The notes under the pieces: generated by a model
Seen by the model: only the letters and a program-made list of their open reading frames with translations
Databases searched by the model: none
Told to the model about the DNA's origin: nothing
Made by a program: the position numbers and the translations under genes
Assembly (NCBI GenBank): GCA_030141605.1
Contig: JAQGDQ010000036.1
Location: forward strand, 952,242 to 1,016,241
Direction: 5' to 3'
From: Tubiluchus corallicola
Taxonomy: Eukaryota > Animalia > Priapulida
DNA: 64,000 nt
In this document: positions 27,023-40,334 of the stretch, in pieces
Layout of the letters: every line of letters starts with the position of its first letter
Position numbering within the stretch: the stretch's first letter is position 1

Positions 27023-27638
27023 ATTAAAGGAAAGCATGATCCACTACTTAACTTTAGTTCAAAACAATCTGCATAATAAAAACACACTTTTTTTTCGAAA
27101 ATCAATTATGTGAAAGAATGATTACCATGGAAGCTTAATTTCACATTCGTGTGGCTAGTTCTCTGCTGTTACATATATTTTGCCATTCGCCAATTAGATG
27201 GACAGTAGCACCTATATCTCAGTGCACAAAAATAGGCGCTGTAACTCTCAGTTCAGAGGTATTCTATTGTGATGTTTGTACACACGTTCGAGAGCTCATA
27301 CTTGAGCAAAATGGTGAACTTTAAATTTGAATTTTTAACTTAAAATTTGCCGAGTTTTTGTCATACTAACTATTATTATCATACTAAATATTGTACTTTA
27401 GCACTGTACTTTAATTTTCACTTTTAGTAACGCGCTCATGGAATGTTTATGCTGTTGAAAATTATATTCAGTTGTGACGTCATCACTAGTTGGGCTTGCC
27501 TGCCATTAATTAAGTTTTTAACCTGTTACCTAATTTCCAGAAATATTTTGGTATTATATAGGTGTTAATATGTAATGTATACTTTTTAATATACTTCATA
27601 AATGGGGTATGATGTGAAAACCTTCCCGTTTTCCTTGA
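27023..27638 (+). mobile_element. Kolobok-like (TTAA/AGG termini) non-autonomous element, copy 1
   Basis: Starts ttaaaggaaagca, ends cgttttccttgaa; internal sequence aligns with 46658-47224; an inverted terminal piece at 23198-23290. Confidence 0.6.
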
Positions 27639-28942
27639 AATGTTGTTATTTTATGACCAAAATGTTGCCGTCAACGAAAAAATGTTGATCCCCTTACAAT
27701 TGGCATAAAACTTATATATGATCAGTGTCTAAAAGACTGATATAAACAATTTGGGTTTAAACAACATGAGGTAATTACCTCAAATAAACCTTGTGAATAG
27801 TAATTAAAAGGTATGCTGTATACTGGATGTTCATCCTTAACATGCATTAATGCTGTGTCACATTATAGAGTAGTATTTGGGAAGCTCTTGTAATATAACA
27901 GCATAAAAGGTTAAATTAAATAAAAAAATGGCACTAATTACCTTGGCACAGGCAGGATTTTCAGTATTTTGAAATGGTTTACCTCGCATTGTCTCACAAG
28001 TTAGGAGAGACTTAATCCAGGAGTAGATTAATATCCATCATTTTTTTCTGCTGGGAGAAGCTGATAAATCTCACTCTTTCTAACCTTTCCAGGCACTATA
28101 CGTCTGCAATACTATTACCCAAGTAAAATGTTTCACTACTATAATGCCTATGTTTTACTAAATGAATTCTAATTCCAGAAATTTTGTGTGGCTGGAAAAA
28201 ATAAAACGAATAATGAAAACACACGTTTGACTTTAACTCTGGCAGTATATTTCTCCACATCTGTTTTTGAGTAGCCTTTGTTGTACTACAGCAGAAAGTC
28301 AGAGAAAAGAAAAGGCTCGCTAACTGGCCATTATGCCAGGTGGACCCCAGCTAGTTGACTGACGTTTGCCAACTTGTGTATTGCCTTTGATCTTTGTTGA
28401 CATAAAAGCACCTCTGTATGATTGTGTAACACTGTGTGGTTTAGTTTTCTTCTTTATCTCATTTTCATGTGTCACCAACTTACTGATGGACAGTTTATCA
28501 ACTGGTACATGTACAGTGAATCTGTTTGGTTCAGTTAGCAAATTTTAGTGGACCATTTCAAGATTTGCTGGTCTAAGTATATCTATAAAACTTGATGCTT
28601 AAAAATGTTTTGCGAGAATATAAAAATTTTCAGTAATGCTTAGGTATAGTTTTTTAAGATGATACTTGTATTTTTGTTTGGCATGAACACTTGACTGTTG
28701 TAAAAGTAATTATGTCTTCACAGAACAACAAAACATTTTCAACGCAGTCAAACAAGATTGTAAAATGATACTTGTATTATTATATTATGCTGTATGTTAT
28801 ACTGTATATTATATATGTATTATATGTATGCATTATTAGAAAATTTTAGTCTTGGTGTGTTAATTGGCTGACCAATGTGCATTATTTTTAATGTGCTTAT
28901 TAGTTTATAATAAATGCAACTAATTTTTTTATTTTTCTTCAG

Positions 28943-29040
28943 ATAAATGAATTGAGCCATGTTCATATCCCAGTAATGTTGATGCCTGATGATTTCAAGG
29001 CATTCAGTAAAACACGAGTGGACAATCATCTCTTTAACAA
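28943..29040 (+). CDS. PIP4K2: PIP4K2 exon 2
   Basis: ttcttcag acceptor, [32 protein letters not shown](K), gtaagt donor; phase 0/2. Confidence 0.96.
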
Positions 29041-29835
29041 GTAAGTGAATGCTGCTAGTTGGGCAAATTATTTAAAGCAGCCATGGGCTAAATAAATGCC
29101 TGAGTTACCAATTATTTGAGACAAGAATCCAGCACACAGTAACAGATAACAATGATCTTGGCAAATGTAGTTTGGAATGATCCTTAATTACATATTTTAT
29201 ATTAGGTGACTACAACTATATTATTTTTTGCAAAATCAGCATTATTATTACATATAAACAGGACTATGAATTGGGGTTTCTGCTCAATAAAGTCCTGCAA
29301 AATGCTTTCACAGTACAGCGAATGGCTTCATTTAGAAACCATTGCAAGCTCATACAGTACAACTAATCATAAATTGCCTACAAGATTTCGCAGTTTGCAT
29401 TTATTATTTTTTATTTCAAATGTTTTATCTCATATATAATTTGTTAACCTTGTGGAAATGATATCGAATTCACTTTCATATCATAATGACATCTTGCTTG
29501 AATAACATTAATTGAGACAGTAAACAGGCTGCAATCTGTAAATTGAGATTTGCAAGGCAAGCCTTTGTTAGCATGGTCCTGTTAAAAAGAAATTTATAAA
29601 CAAGTTATCATACAATGGCAAAATAAATTTGATTTACATAACTCATAAATTGTGTAACTCACAATCTACGTGTAACAATATAATTATCTTTTGCAACAAA
29701 ATGTACCAAATGTTAAATTGCCTTTGCCTTTAAGTAAGTGCTGACTTGCAAACTTTAAAAACCAGCCATTTCTTCCTTCTATGATATTGTTAGTGTATGT
29801 TTTATGGTTCAAATTGTGTTCCAAATTTTTTTTAG

Positions 29836-29932
29836 GGAAAATATGCCAAGTCATTTTAAAGTTAAAGAATACTGTCCATTGGTATTCAGAAATTTAAGAG
29901 AGAGATTCAACGTTGATGATGGATATTATATG
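29836..29932 (+). CDS. PIP4K2: PIP4K2 exon 3
   Basis: ttttag acceptor, [32 protein letters not shown], gtaagg donor; phase 2/0. No later PIP4K2 exon found in the window. Confidence 0.96.
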
Positions 29933-31059
29933 GTAAGGGTGTTTCATTTCATTACAAGGAATTTAAATTGTAACACAATTAAGATAGATCTTTTATGCTA
30001 AGTTTATAAAATATTACATTAAATTACAGTTAGGGGTGTTAAACAATACAAATTTGGTAATGCGATAGTTTTTCCAGTGATACGATAACGATATGATGCA
30101 AAAAATAAAGTGTTAAAAACGATACTGAAATTCGACAATTTAAGCAAAACAGAAAAGCATTATTAATAATTAAAATTATTAAGCGCTTTAGTGTATTCTG
30201 TGCTGTTTACTTAAATGATTGCTAGTTATAAAGTACAAGTTTTCTGTGTCTTTATTTCTAATAAAGAGACATATGATGTCTATCTAATTTTAATTATAAT
30301 ATGTTTTTTATCACACCACAAATATAGACAACTATAAGAGCTAGCTTCACAAATCCTCATCTGTCACTATTAGTCGTGGGCCTGTGGTTAAAACCTAATT
30401 AATTATATTATTATATGCTCTCAGTATCACTTATCTCTTCTCGGATAAGTTTCTAGAATTCTGATAAGGAACTTTGCAAAAATGCAAAGTGCTGGTGCAA
30501 ATGAAATAGACAGTCTTGCAAAAGCAGCCGTTGTTGTTTGCAGAGCAAGAACTAAAAAGCCAGGTACACAAAATGTATCATTTGGCATCTACATCTATAA
30601 TTATCATTAATGTTTACTTCTTTCAAATGTTTAGCGAAAATTGTAGTTGAGCTGTAATTAGTGTATTTTCGTTTGCATTACCTACAGATGGTGAATGTTT
30701 TTGAACCTTCACTAATAAAAGGAAAATGGTTCTGATAAATCCTTGTACTGTTTCTCAGCCAAGATTTCTGCTAAACAGTCAGTCCAGTCCCTGCTAACGG
30801 AGTGTAAGTCACGTGCGAGGTGTATCTATTATACAATGCCATATTTTTGTAGGCAATTTCCTGATTCATGTACCAATTACGTCTACGACGAAATTGAAAC
30901 TTTTTGCATCATTGTTGTAATGATTCGTAGCTAAGGAAGCGACGACAGATAAACATATTGCTATGATAAAAATATTTATCTATGCGAACTGCACATTAAC
31001 GTAAACTCGTAAAGTGACACTAAAAGTATGGTACAGTGCATTAGGCATCCGCACGTCAA

Positions 31060-31403
31060 TACGATTCAGAATGAAGATAACCGTTATTGCCAGGCGATAC
31101 AAGAAAATGACTTTGCAGACCTTTCAAACCAAAGAAACAATTAATTGTAGAAGGAAATGATGGTCTAATTACTGATGCTCAACAGCAAACTGAAGCCATA
31201 GCAGAATTTTTTCAACGAATTTTTAATGATGAAAATGCACCTGGGGTTAAAAGGACTCACTATCCAATGAAAGTTCCATTTACCAAAGAAGAAGTAAAGC
31301 ATGCGGCAAAATCATTGAAAAATAACAAAAGCCCGGGCACTGATGAATTAAATGCTGAGTTAGTCAAGTATGGATCAGAAAATTTATATGCAGAAATTGC
31401 TGA
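31060..31403 (+). mobile_element. Intact-frame fragment of an RTE-like LINE ORF, cut off at the adapter junction
   Basis: KQLIVEGNDGLITDAQQQTEAIAEFFQRIFN...[33 protein letters not shown], the region just before RT domain 1; stops abruptly at 31404. Confidence 0.85.
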
Positions 31404-32055
<652 letters not shown>

Positions 32056-32569
32056 ATTAAGAAAAAGCGGGAAGATGAAAGATTTCTTTGTAAAGGAATC
32101 TTCGCTTATTGAAACGATTCTTTACTAGCAAAAGTTCACAATGATTTCCACATGAAAGCCATTCTAAATCGAATTTCCTTTGATATTATTCCTTTAATAC
32201 TGGTCTATTAAGCAAGAGTTAGCGACATTATCCGATTTCAATTTGTGATTAAACGGACGATGATGCTTTCGGTCAGGCTCTGCGAGGTCCCAGATGAAAT
32301 GGAATAGCCGCGCAAGTCAATTGGTCAGGAGGCGAAGCCTCCTCTTTTTTTAGCCAAGTCGCCCCACACAAGACGAATGGCACTCGTGGTAAATGAGTAC
32401 AGTAAAAGGCGAAGTTTCAACTGGAGAAACACATTTTAAACATTTTAATTAATTTGTTAGTGATCAGGAAAGCAACCAGGAGTAGACATTTTAGACGAAA
32501 ACCGGCAAAATAAGAAAAAGCATTCAAGTTTGAGGACAAGAAGGCACTCTTTGTAAATAAAGCTTAAAA

Positions 32570-32955
32570 ATTCGCTTTGAAAGTCTGTATTACCATTGGG
32601 GCTGCCATTTTAACGAAAAATCGTTTAGATTAAGTTTAGATAACATTGTGTAAAATTTGAAAAAATAACGGGAACATTTGTAGCGCACTCTTTACTAACT
32701 AAGCAAAAGTTTAACAAACCATGTCTTGTCAATAAGATCAATAATGTCTTTTTGGTGAATCAGTGGTGCACACTGGGAAGGTGAATCAGCGACGTTTTAC
32801 CAGGTGACACGAGAATTTTAAATTGTTACGAATTTTCTTCCCCAATTCTTTCAAAGGGGTTCTTTCTTAAGTCTTTCAAAAGGATAAGCGTAATGCCAAG
32901 TAATTTAACTTTGTTTAGAAAATTCTTTAGGATGAAATGTAAGGCTGATATGACC
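32570..32955 (+). mobile_element. Copy of the right arm of the foldback element at 2930-4570
   Basis: gataacattgtgtaaaatttgaaaaaataa...tgtcttgtcaataagat...ggtgaatcagcgacgttttacca...taagcgtaatgccaagtaat aligns with 4290-4545. Confidence 0.7.
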
Positions 32956-34092
32956 TTAAAGAAAAGTCCAAGCCTTCTGGAAAGTTCGCGAAAAATCTTA
33001 GAAGGATTTAGTAATAAAAATATTGTGGCGAGTCGCAGGATTAAACCGTCACGGGCTTCGTGAAAATGCAGTGTATTGAATGTAAAATTTTGTGGGCCAA
33101 TCAGAGCTCAGTTTTCTAGGCCAATTTTCTCGAGCGTGCAACCTGTTTTCATAGATTCGAGGGCAGTGCGTTCTGGGCCATGTTCGGTTTCGGATTTCAT
33201 TTTGTTTTTCTCTTCTTGGTTGTTGTTATTAAGTCAGTCGTGATTCAGTAATTTTTGGTTTAACCCCTTGGTTTGCATTTCGCCTCAACGCGTAAGTGTC
33301 AGCTGTAAACTGTTGTTAAGTGTTTCATTTTACTGTTTTTCTTTCTTTTCTTTTTTATAATTTTCTTTAGTTAACTATGAATCCTCGCTATTATAGACGG
33401 CATCACAATATGATAAGCCGTTCGTGTAATTAGTAAAATCAATTTAAATCCGCGATCATTTCAGCTTGGAAGCTCCCATTTTGAATCTTCCACCAATGAC
33501 GTCGTCCATCGGCTGAAGAAAAGCAGCGCACTGTCAAATTCCGTCAGAAGTGAATTAAGATTTTACAAAAAATTAGGTAGCTGACTTTGTGATATTTTTG
33601 CATGAGCATTAGGCGAGCTGCAGAAGTTTCGGGTTACTTTAAGCAGCGCATGCTTACAGAAAGTTCCGATGCGCTTACGTAAAGTCACGAAGTCCACCAG
33701 TTACGTCACCATTTTCAAGCTAATGACCGTTACCACCACACCTGGAAATTTCTATCCAGCGGTAAGATAAATTACCTTTATGGTTTATAGACATCGTTTT
33801 TCCTGCGTGATAGTAGCAAAATAAACCCAAAGTGCTATATGATTGATTTTGACTTTGATTTAACTCAAAATTTCGAACTAGGTTCATAGAATACATAACA
33901 TACAATACTTGCAAGACATACAATAATTATAACCCCTCCTCCCAACATATACAAATTAATACATAAATAAATAAAATAACAGTACAATATAAATATAGTG
34001 ACGCATTTTACACTCCAGACATAAGAGACCAATGGAGGAAAGTATTAGATAGAAATTATGGGTGACAATTCAGGCTGGAAGTATGATATTGT

Positions 34093-34390
34093 TTACTGTG
34101 GATAGTGCTATTGGCTTGTAATTATTCCTGGCTGTAATCTCCTTATTTTTGTCTTTCACAATCGGTACAATGACAGACAACATTAGAGAATCAGGCAAAA
34201 AACAATGTATGATACAAGCGCTATATAACAGTGATAATACTATTGGCAGCATATGTGAAGCATACCTAAAATGTTCCGATTTAATTGCATCATTTCCAGC
34301 CGATTTGTGCAGAGATAGTTTTGAAATTGCCTCTTGCACTTCTCTCACAGTGAAAGAACTCACAGCACTAAATGACTTGTCTTTTCCTTT
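34093..34390 (-). mobile_element. LINE reverse transcriptase fragment
   Basis: FTVREVQEAISKLSLHKSAGNDAIKSEHFRY...SVIVPIVKDKNKEITARNNYKPIALST (NYRPIAL motif). Confidence 0.85.
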
Positions 34391-35024
34391 AATGACTGGT
34401 GAGCAGTGACACTGGCACTGCACACGTGACCAGAACCATGTAGCAAAGCACGCAAACATTTCAACTTGAAATGCATCTATGTGGCTTTGACATTACCATT
34501 AATTATAGATCGATACATAACCCAAGAGAGGTGGGCACTCAGGCGTGTCACATCAAAGCAGTTTAGGCAGCCACGATCACAAATCGATCACGGCAGTATG
34601 CCCGTGAAGCCTCTAATCAAGGCAGTCGTATTGCCTTTCAAAAACAGGCGAGGTGGATAAGTTTTAGTGGTTCAGTAACGACGGCGCTAAGATGGAGAAA
34701 CTACATTAACAGTGTCACAGCCTCACGAAAATTGTTCCTGTAAAAGCAGCTATTACCTCTCCCTATTAAATTGTGGAAAAATCCTTTCTTAATGCACAAG
34801 AAAACACTCTTCACGAGTAAAGCTTAAAAAATTCATCTTGAAATATTATGTCGGAAATACATTTCCGAAGTAACAAATTACCAGTTACCTGATGTAAATA
34901 AGTGTAGGGAGTATCTAAAAAGTATGTATATAATTAGTTCTGTAGTTCTATTATGCTGGTACGTAAACAGAAACCTGTCTTAACTTAACCCAACATGCAC
35001 TAACTGTAGTTAAAGGGAAGTAAA

Positions 35025-35041
35025 GAACCACAACAACAGCG

Positions 35042-35086
<45 letters not shown>

Positions 35087-35815
35087 GCAGCAACAGCAGT
35101 AGCAACAACAACAACAGCGACAGCGACAACAACAACAACAACAACAGCAGCATCAACAACAACAACAACAACAATAACAACAGCAGCGGCATCAACAACA
35201 ACAACAACAGCGACAACAACAACAACAACAGCAGCGACAACAACAACAACAGCGACAACAACAACAGCAGCAGCAGCAGCAGCATCAACAACAACAACAA
35301 CAACAACAACAACAGCGACAACAGCAGAAGCAGCAACAACAACAACAACAACAACTGCAACTGCAACAGCAATAGCAGAAACCCAACGGTGATGACGGAT
35401 GACATTAACCAACAATGACGACAACATCTACGACACCAACACCAACAACAACGCCCCCACTGCCGCCAGCGGCAATGACAACGACAACGATAACAGCCAC
35501 GACAACAATGCGAAAATCACCCACGTCCCCACCCACAATACAACAACGTTGACAACAAAACAACAACAACAACAAAAACAATAACAGCAACAGCAACAAC
35601 TATAACAGCGGTAGGGGCTTCAACAGTAAGAGCAGCAGCAGCTTTGACAGCAACAGTGTGACAACGACAGCGACAATTACAATGACAACAACAACACCCC
35701 CCACCGGTAGCGACAACGACAAAGAGAACAATAGCAACAATGACACCACCAACAACAACACCACGACCATCACCACCATGAAGAACATCAACAGCTACAA
35801 CTGCAGCAACAGCGT
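35025..35815. repeat. Degenerate (CAA/CAG)n trinucleotide tract
   Basis: Direct inspection; gives poly-V/poly-L/poly-T ORFs. Confidence 0.93.
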
Positions 35816-36481
35816 AAAAATATTGTAGTTATCTGATCATAAATATGGAATTTTACACTAAGTGGAAATTACGCGTATTATTGACTACAGTTGGGTCGGT
35901 AATATTATTATTATTTTAGTGGCTGAAAGCATACAATATTGTAATTTTATAACAAAGTTACCTACCTATGGCTTTCTCCTTTGAGCTTGGTAAAAACTTC
36001 GACTTCCATAAAAACATAAACTGGAACATAAACATAAACATATATTGTGTGTTTTCAACCGCTTATATTACCCACCTAGCAAGGATCAATGATGCGCGCG
36101 CTTTCCACGTGGTGTAACAAACAACACTGCCTGTCACTAATAGGTTCCACACTGAGTAAAGAGGCGCGTCCTTAACAGTTTCTCTTTTCAACTTGACACG
36201 TTGTCATTTCTCCTTCATTATCTCAACCGCCGCATCGCTCTCGCAGCTTCCCTAGTTGAAGAGTGACTGATTCAGTGCGGCAGAGGAGACTTTCAATTTC
36301 AAGGGCGTTAAAGATTCAGACTTTATCAGATTTTGTTACGAAATAAAATTTTCTAAGATTAGATGGACTAGCAAGAGTGACAATTAATTTATGACAGACG
36401 TTTCATAGAGAAAAGAGAAAGGAATAAATTTAGCTGAGTACCGCCAAAATTTGGTATTCAGACAATTTTTTCTTTTCTTTT

Positions 36482-37030
36482 CAGTGGCGGCCCGTAGTTA
36501 AAATTGATGGGGGTGCTGCTTCAGACAATTTTTAGCCATTCTTTTAATACTGTGTAAAACGAAACAAGCATATGTATTTTTAACGTTGTAATTAACAATT
36601 GTAATTTTAAACAAACAAACGTACAATAATTTATACGTGAACTTGATAAAATCTTAAACAAAAAATGTTTTGCTTGTGTCGAATTAAACTGCCACAAAAA
36701 TTATGAAAAGATAAATTGCCACAGTTCAAGAATGTGCCGGTACACAGCTTTCAAGCACGTGACAGCTGACAACAGACTGTGTGAGCGACAGTACTTTCTC
36801 TACTTGGCAGCAGACGCTAACACTAGCAGCACTAGCACGTTTTAGAACAGCCAAACACACTACTATGGTGGTTGTGAAGCAAATTGTACTCCCCCCACGT
36901 GCTCCGGTTCCGCACAAGTATAAAAATGAACTAAAGAAAAAAGACTTATTACATTGAATATTATCGATGATAATTATTGAGTGAAAACAGGAGGTGCTGC
37001 AGTACCACAGTACTTATTCTCGAGCCGCCA
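36482..37030 (+). mobile_element. hAT-type MITE, second copy of 3341-3948
   Basis: cagtggcggcccgtag...gggggtgctgct...aatactgtgtaaaacgaaacaa...ggtgctgcagtacc...cgagccgcca; last 3 nt of right TIR lost. Confidence 0.8.
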
Positions 37031-37035
37031 ACAAT

Positions 37036-37842
37036 AGGCTGACTACTGTTTCATTGTAATAAACAGCTTAAGTATAATTTTATAATCTGCAGAAACGTTT
37101 TTGCTGAAAGTTGAAAGTTCTAGTTGAAATGTGCTGTTCACCTTAATTATGGTAAACAACAGCAACGCCAGCAGCAGCAACAACTACACTACAACAGCAA
37201 TAGCAGCAGCGACAGCGACAACAACAACAACAACAGTAGGCTGACTACTGTTTCATTGTAAGAAGCAGCTTAAGTATAATTTCATAATCTGCAGAAACGT
37301 TTTTGCTGAAAGTTGGAAGTTCAAGTTGAAATGTGCTGTTCACCTTAATTATGGTAAACAACAGCAACGCCAGCAGCAGCAACAACTACACTACAACAGC
37401 AATAGCAGCAGCGACAGCGACAACAACAACAACAACAACAACAGTAGGCTGGCTACTGTTTCATTGTAATAAGCAGCTTAAGTATAATTTTATAATCTGC
37501 AGAAACGTTTTTGCTGAAAGTTGAAAGTTCTAGTTGAAATGTGCTGTTCACCTTAATTATGGTAAACAACAGCAACGCCAGCAGCAGCAACAATAAGGGC
37601 AGTGAAAATGGCAATGCAACAGCAACAACAACCATGACAACAGCAACAACAATAACAACAACAATAACAGCAACAACAACCATGACAACAGCAACAACGA
37701 CGACGACAACAATAACCACAACAACAATACCGGCAGGGGCTTCAGCAGTAACAGCAACGCCAGCAGCAGCAACAATAACGGCAGTGAAAATCGCAATGCA
37801 ACAGCAACAACAACCATGACAACAACAACAACAACAACAACA

Positions 37843-37874
<32 letters not shown>

Positions 37875-37917
37875 AATAACAGCAACAACATTAATTAGCG
37901 GTAGGGGCTTCAGCAGT

Positions 37918-37950
<33 letters not shown>

Positions 37951-38045
37951 TACAACAGCAATAGCTGCAGCGACAGCGACAACAACAACAATAGCAGCAA
38001 CAGTAACACAACAGTGGCTGCAAAGTCAACAATAACAAATAAACA
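37036..38045. repeat. Three tandem copies of a roughly 200-bp unit running into a degenerate (CAA)n tract
   Basis: taggctgactactgtttcattgtaa... at about 37036, 37237, 37445. Confidence 0.9.
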
Positions 38046-38489
38046 GCCACATCTGTAGTTAAACAAACAACAAAACACGGCATAGTTGTAGACCTAACAG
38101 GCGTGCCATAGAACGATACAGAAGACAGAAACAATGGCGTCACCGTGTCTGTGATATTAACTGATTTAATGACAAATTAATTTTAATGCTAACAGTAATT
38201 GATTCGACATAGCAGTTTTTCTCGAACGGCGAATCAACAAACGATTCCTTGAAAATTGCACGATTCTCGCTATAACTCTGCGCTGCAACAATAACGTAGC
38301 GTTTCCTTGCTATCATGCGAAACCATTTTGGGTTTCACACGAAATTTCTCCTGAGATTTGAGCCAGCTGCGTGTTATGATTACACGTATTATCGATTTTG
38401 ACAAATCTCGAAGATTTCTCAATGCTTTGGTAGCTATATTCACTACCATTTGGGTAAGGAAGTTACTATCATATATTATTAGAGTTCAA

Positions 38490-39134
38490 AAGAGTTGTTA
38501 TACATTCTTATTTGTTTAAAGGAGTTGCTATAGGTTATCAATTGTTTAGAGGAGTTGCTATACGTTATCATTTGTTTAGAGGAGTTGCTATACGTTATCA
38601 TTTGTTTAGAGGAGTTGCTAGACGTTATCATTTGTTTAAAGGAGTTGCTAGACGTTATCATTTGTTTAAAGGAGTTGCTATACGTTATCATTTGTTTTAA
38701 GGAGTTGCTAGACGTTATCATTTGTTTAAAGGAGTTGCTAGACGTTATCATTTGTTTAAAGGAGTTGCTATACGTTATCAATTGTTTAGAGGAGTTGCTA
38801 TACGTTATCAATTGTTTAGAGGAGTTGCTATACGTTATCAATTGTTTTAAGGAGTTGCTATACGTTATCAATTGTTTAGAGGAGTTGCTAGACGTTATCA
38901 ATTGTTTTAAGGAGTTGCTATACGTTATCAATTGTTTTAAGGAGTTGCTATACGTTATCAATTGTTTTAAGGAGTTGCTATACGTTATCAATTGTTTTAA
39001 GGAGTTGCTAGACGTTATCAATTGTTTTAAGGAGTTGCTAGACGTTATCAATTGTTTTAAGGAGTTGCTATACGTTATCAATTGTTTTAAGGAGTTGCTA
39101 TACGTTATAAATTGTTTTAAGGAGTTGCTATACG
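38490..39134. repeat. Minisatellite, about 21 copies of a 30-bp unit
   Basis: ggagttgctatacgttatcaattgttttaa and variants in exact 30-bp register. Confidence 0.97.
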
Positions 39135-39170
39135 TGCCTATCATAAGTTAAAAAGTTTGCTGTATATTAT

Positions 39171-39220
<50 letters not shown>

Positions 39221-40334
39221 TCCGTGTTTTGCTCTCTCTTTTGTTCAAATTCTTTTTTCTTTTTCTAATTGACAGGCATGCCTATTTACTTATTTATACA
39301 GTTTGGAATCCTGCAAGCCGGAAAGCAGCATTGAACGACAAGTCCTACTTGCATCTTGTCGTTGTAACGAGACCAGAACCTGTCTCGTTATGAAGTCATG
39401 TCTCAAGATGAGTCGGTGATCCAGCCGAGGTGTTTCTGCAAACTACGTAAGAACTGCACACGAGGCAGGAAGAGCCGAGCACACATACGACAGTACTGAT
39501 GTTGCTGAAAAAATGTTGCTGCTGTTGCTGACGCGGGTGCTGCTACTGTACCAAAATGCGACTAACAAACCAGCATTACATCAACTAAATGAAATACTTC
39601 TGCCCGAAAACCTTAATATAGCTGCCTTAGGAACTAATGATCTGTTGAAGTTGTTATTATTCGGAGGTGAATTTAACTATGTTGCTAACTGAAAAATATT
39701 CCAATGTGTACATGACTTTATATTACGTACTAAACGCTTCCAGTAGTTTCTATCGGATATAAAATGCATCAGTCTTAAATATTCGTACATTAATATTTTC
39801 TAACCATCATTTTCTACTAATGTCTAATGGAATCTTGTAGTAAAATTTGTCAGCTTGTGTAGTTATAGTCTATTCTTACTGTAAATGTTTTTGTAAATAG
39901 TGTATAAAGTCTGTTGTGGTGAGAATCCTAAATCATGTTGTTCAAACTGTCTTATCCAATCCTATATAAATTATGTTTAAACTAAACTAAAGTCTCAGCT
40001 CATTTCTTAATGTGCCTTTTTAAAATTCTTGCTTCCAAAAAGAAGAACTTCCACAGTGTAAACTTATTAACGGTTATCTTTCATAAACATGCCACAATTT
40101 TCCTCAAGATGTACCACGTAAGAAGGCAAAACATTAATCTGTCACTAACCAACGTAGTTTACAAGTTTCTGTCTGCCTAAGTTAATTTCGGAGAAGTCTA
40201 CAAGAACAGAAATTAAAACACGACATTCCAGAATATCGATCATACATAAGAAGTGTCCGGCAGTGATTTCTGCCCACTGAATAGAGGAAGCCAAAAGGGA
40301 TGGATGAAAATCGAAAACACCAGGAGAAAGAGCA

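Noticed and set aside
34951-38143. Poly-V/L/T/Q ORFs resembling mucin or membrane proteins
   Set aside because: Degenerate (CAA)n tracts open in several frames; no domain signal.
38479-39151. 221-aa and 198-aa repeat ORFs on both strands (LRR-like look)
   Set aside because: Product of a stop-free 30-bp minisatellite; no non-repeat coding flanks or supporting splice structure.
39490-39550. Sec/Cys-rich selenoprotein P-like stretch (YUCCUK, CCCCCU)
   Set aside because: Arises from a short (TGC/TGT)n run, needs frameshifts, and no SECIS is visible.
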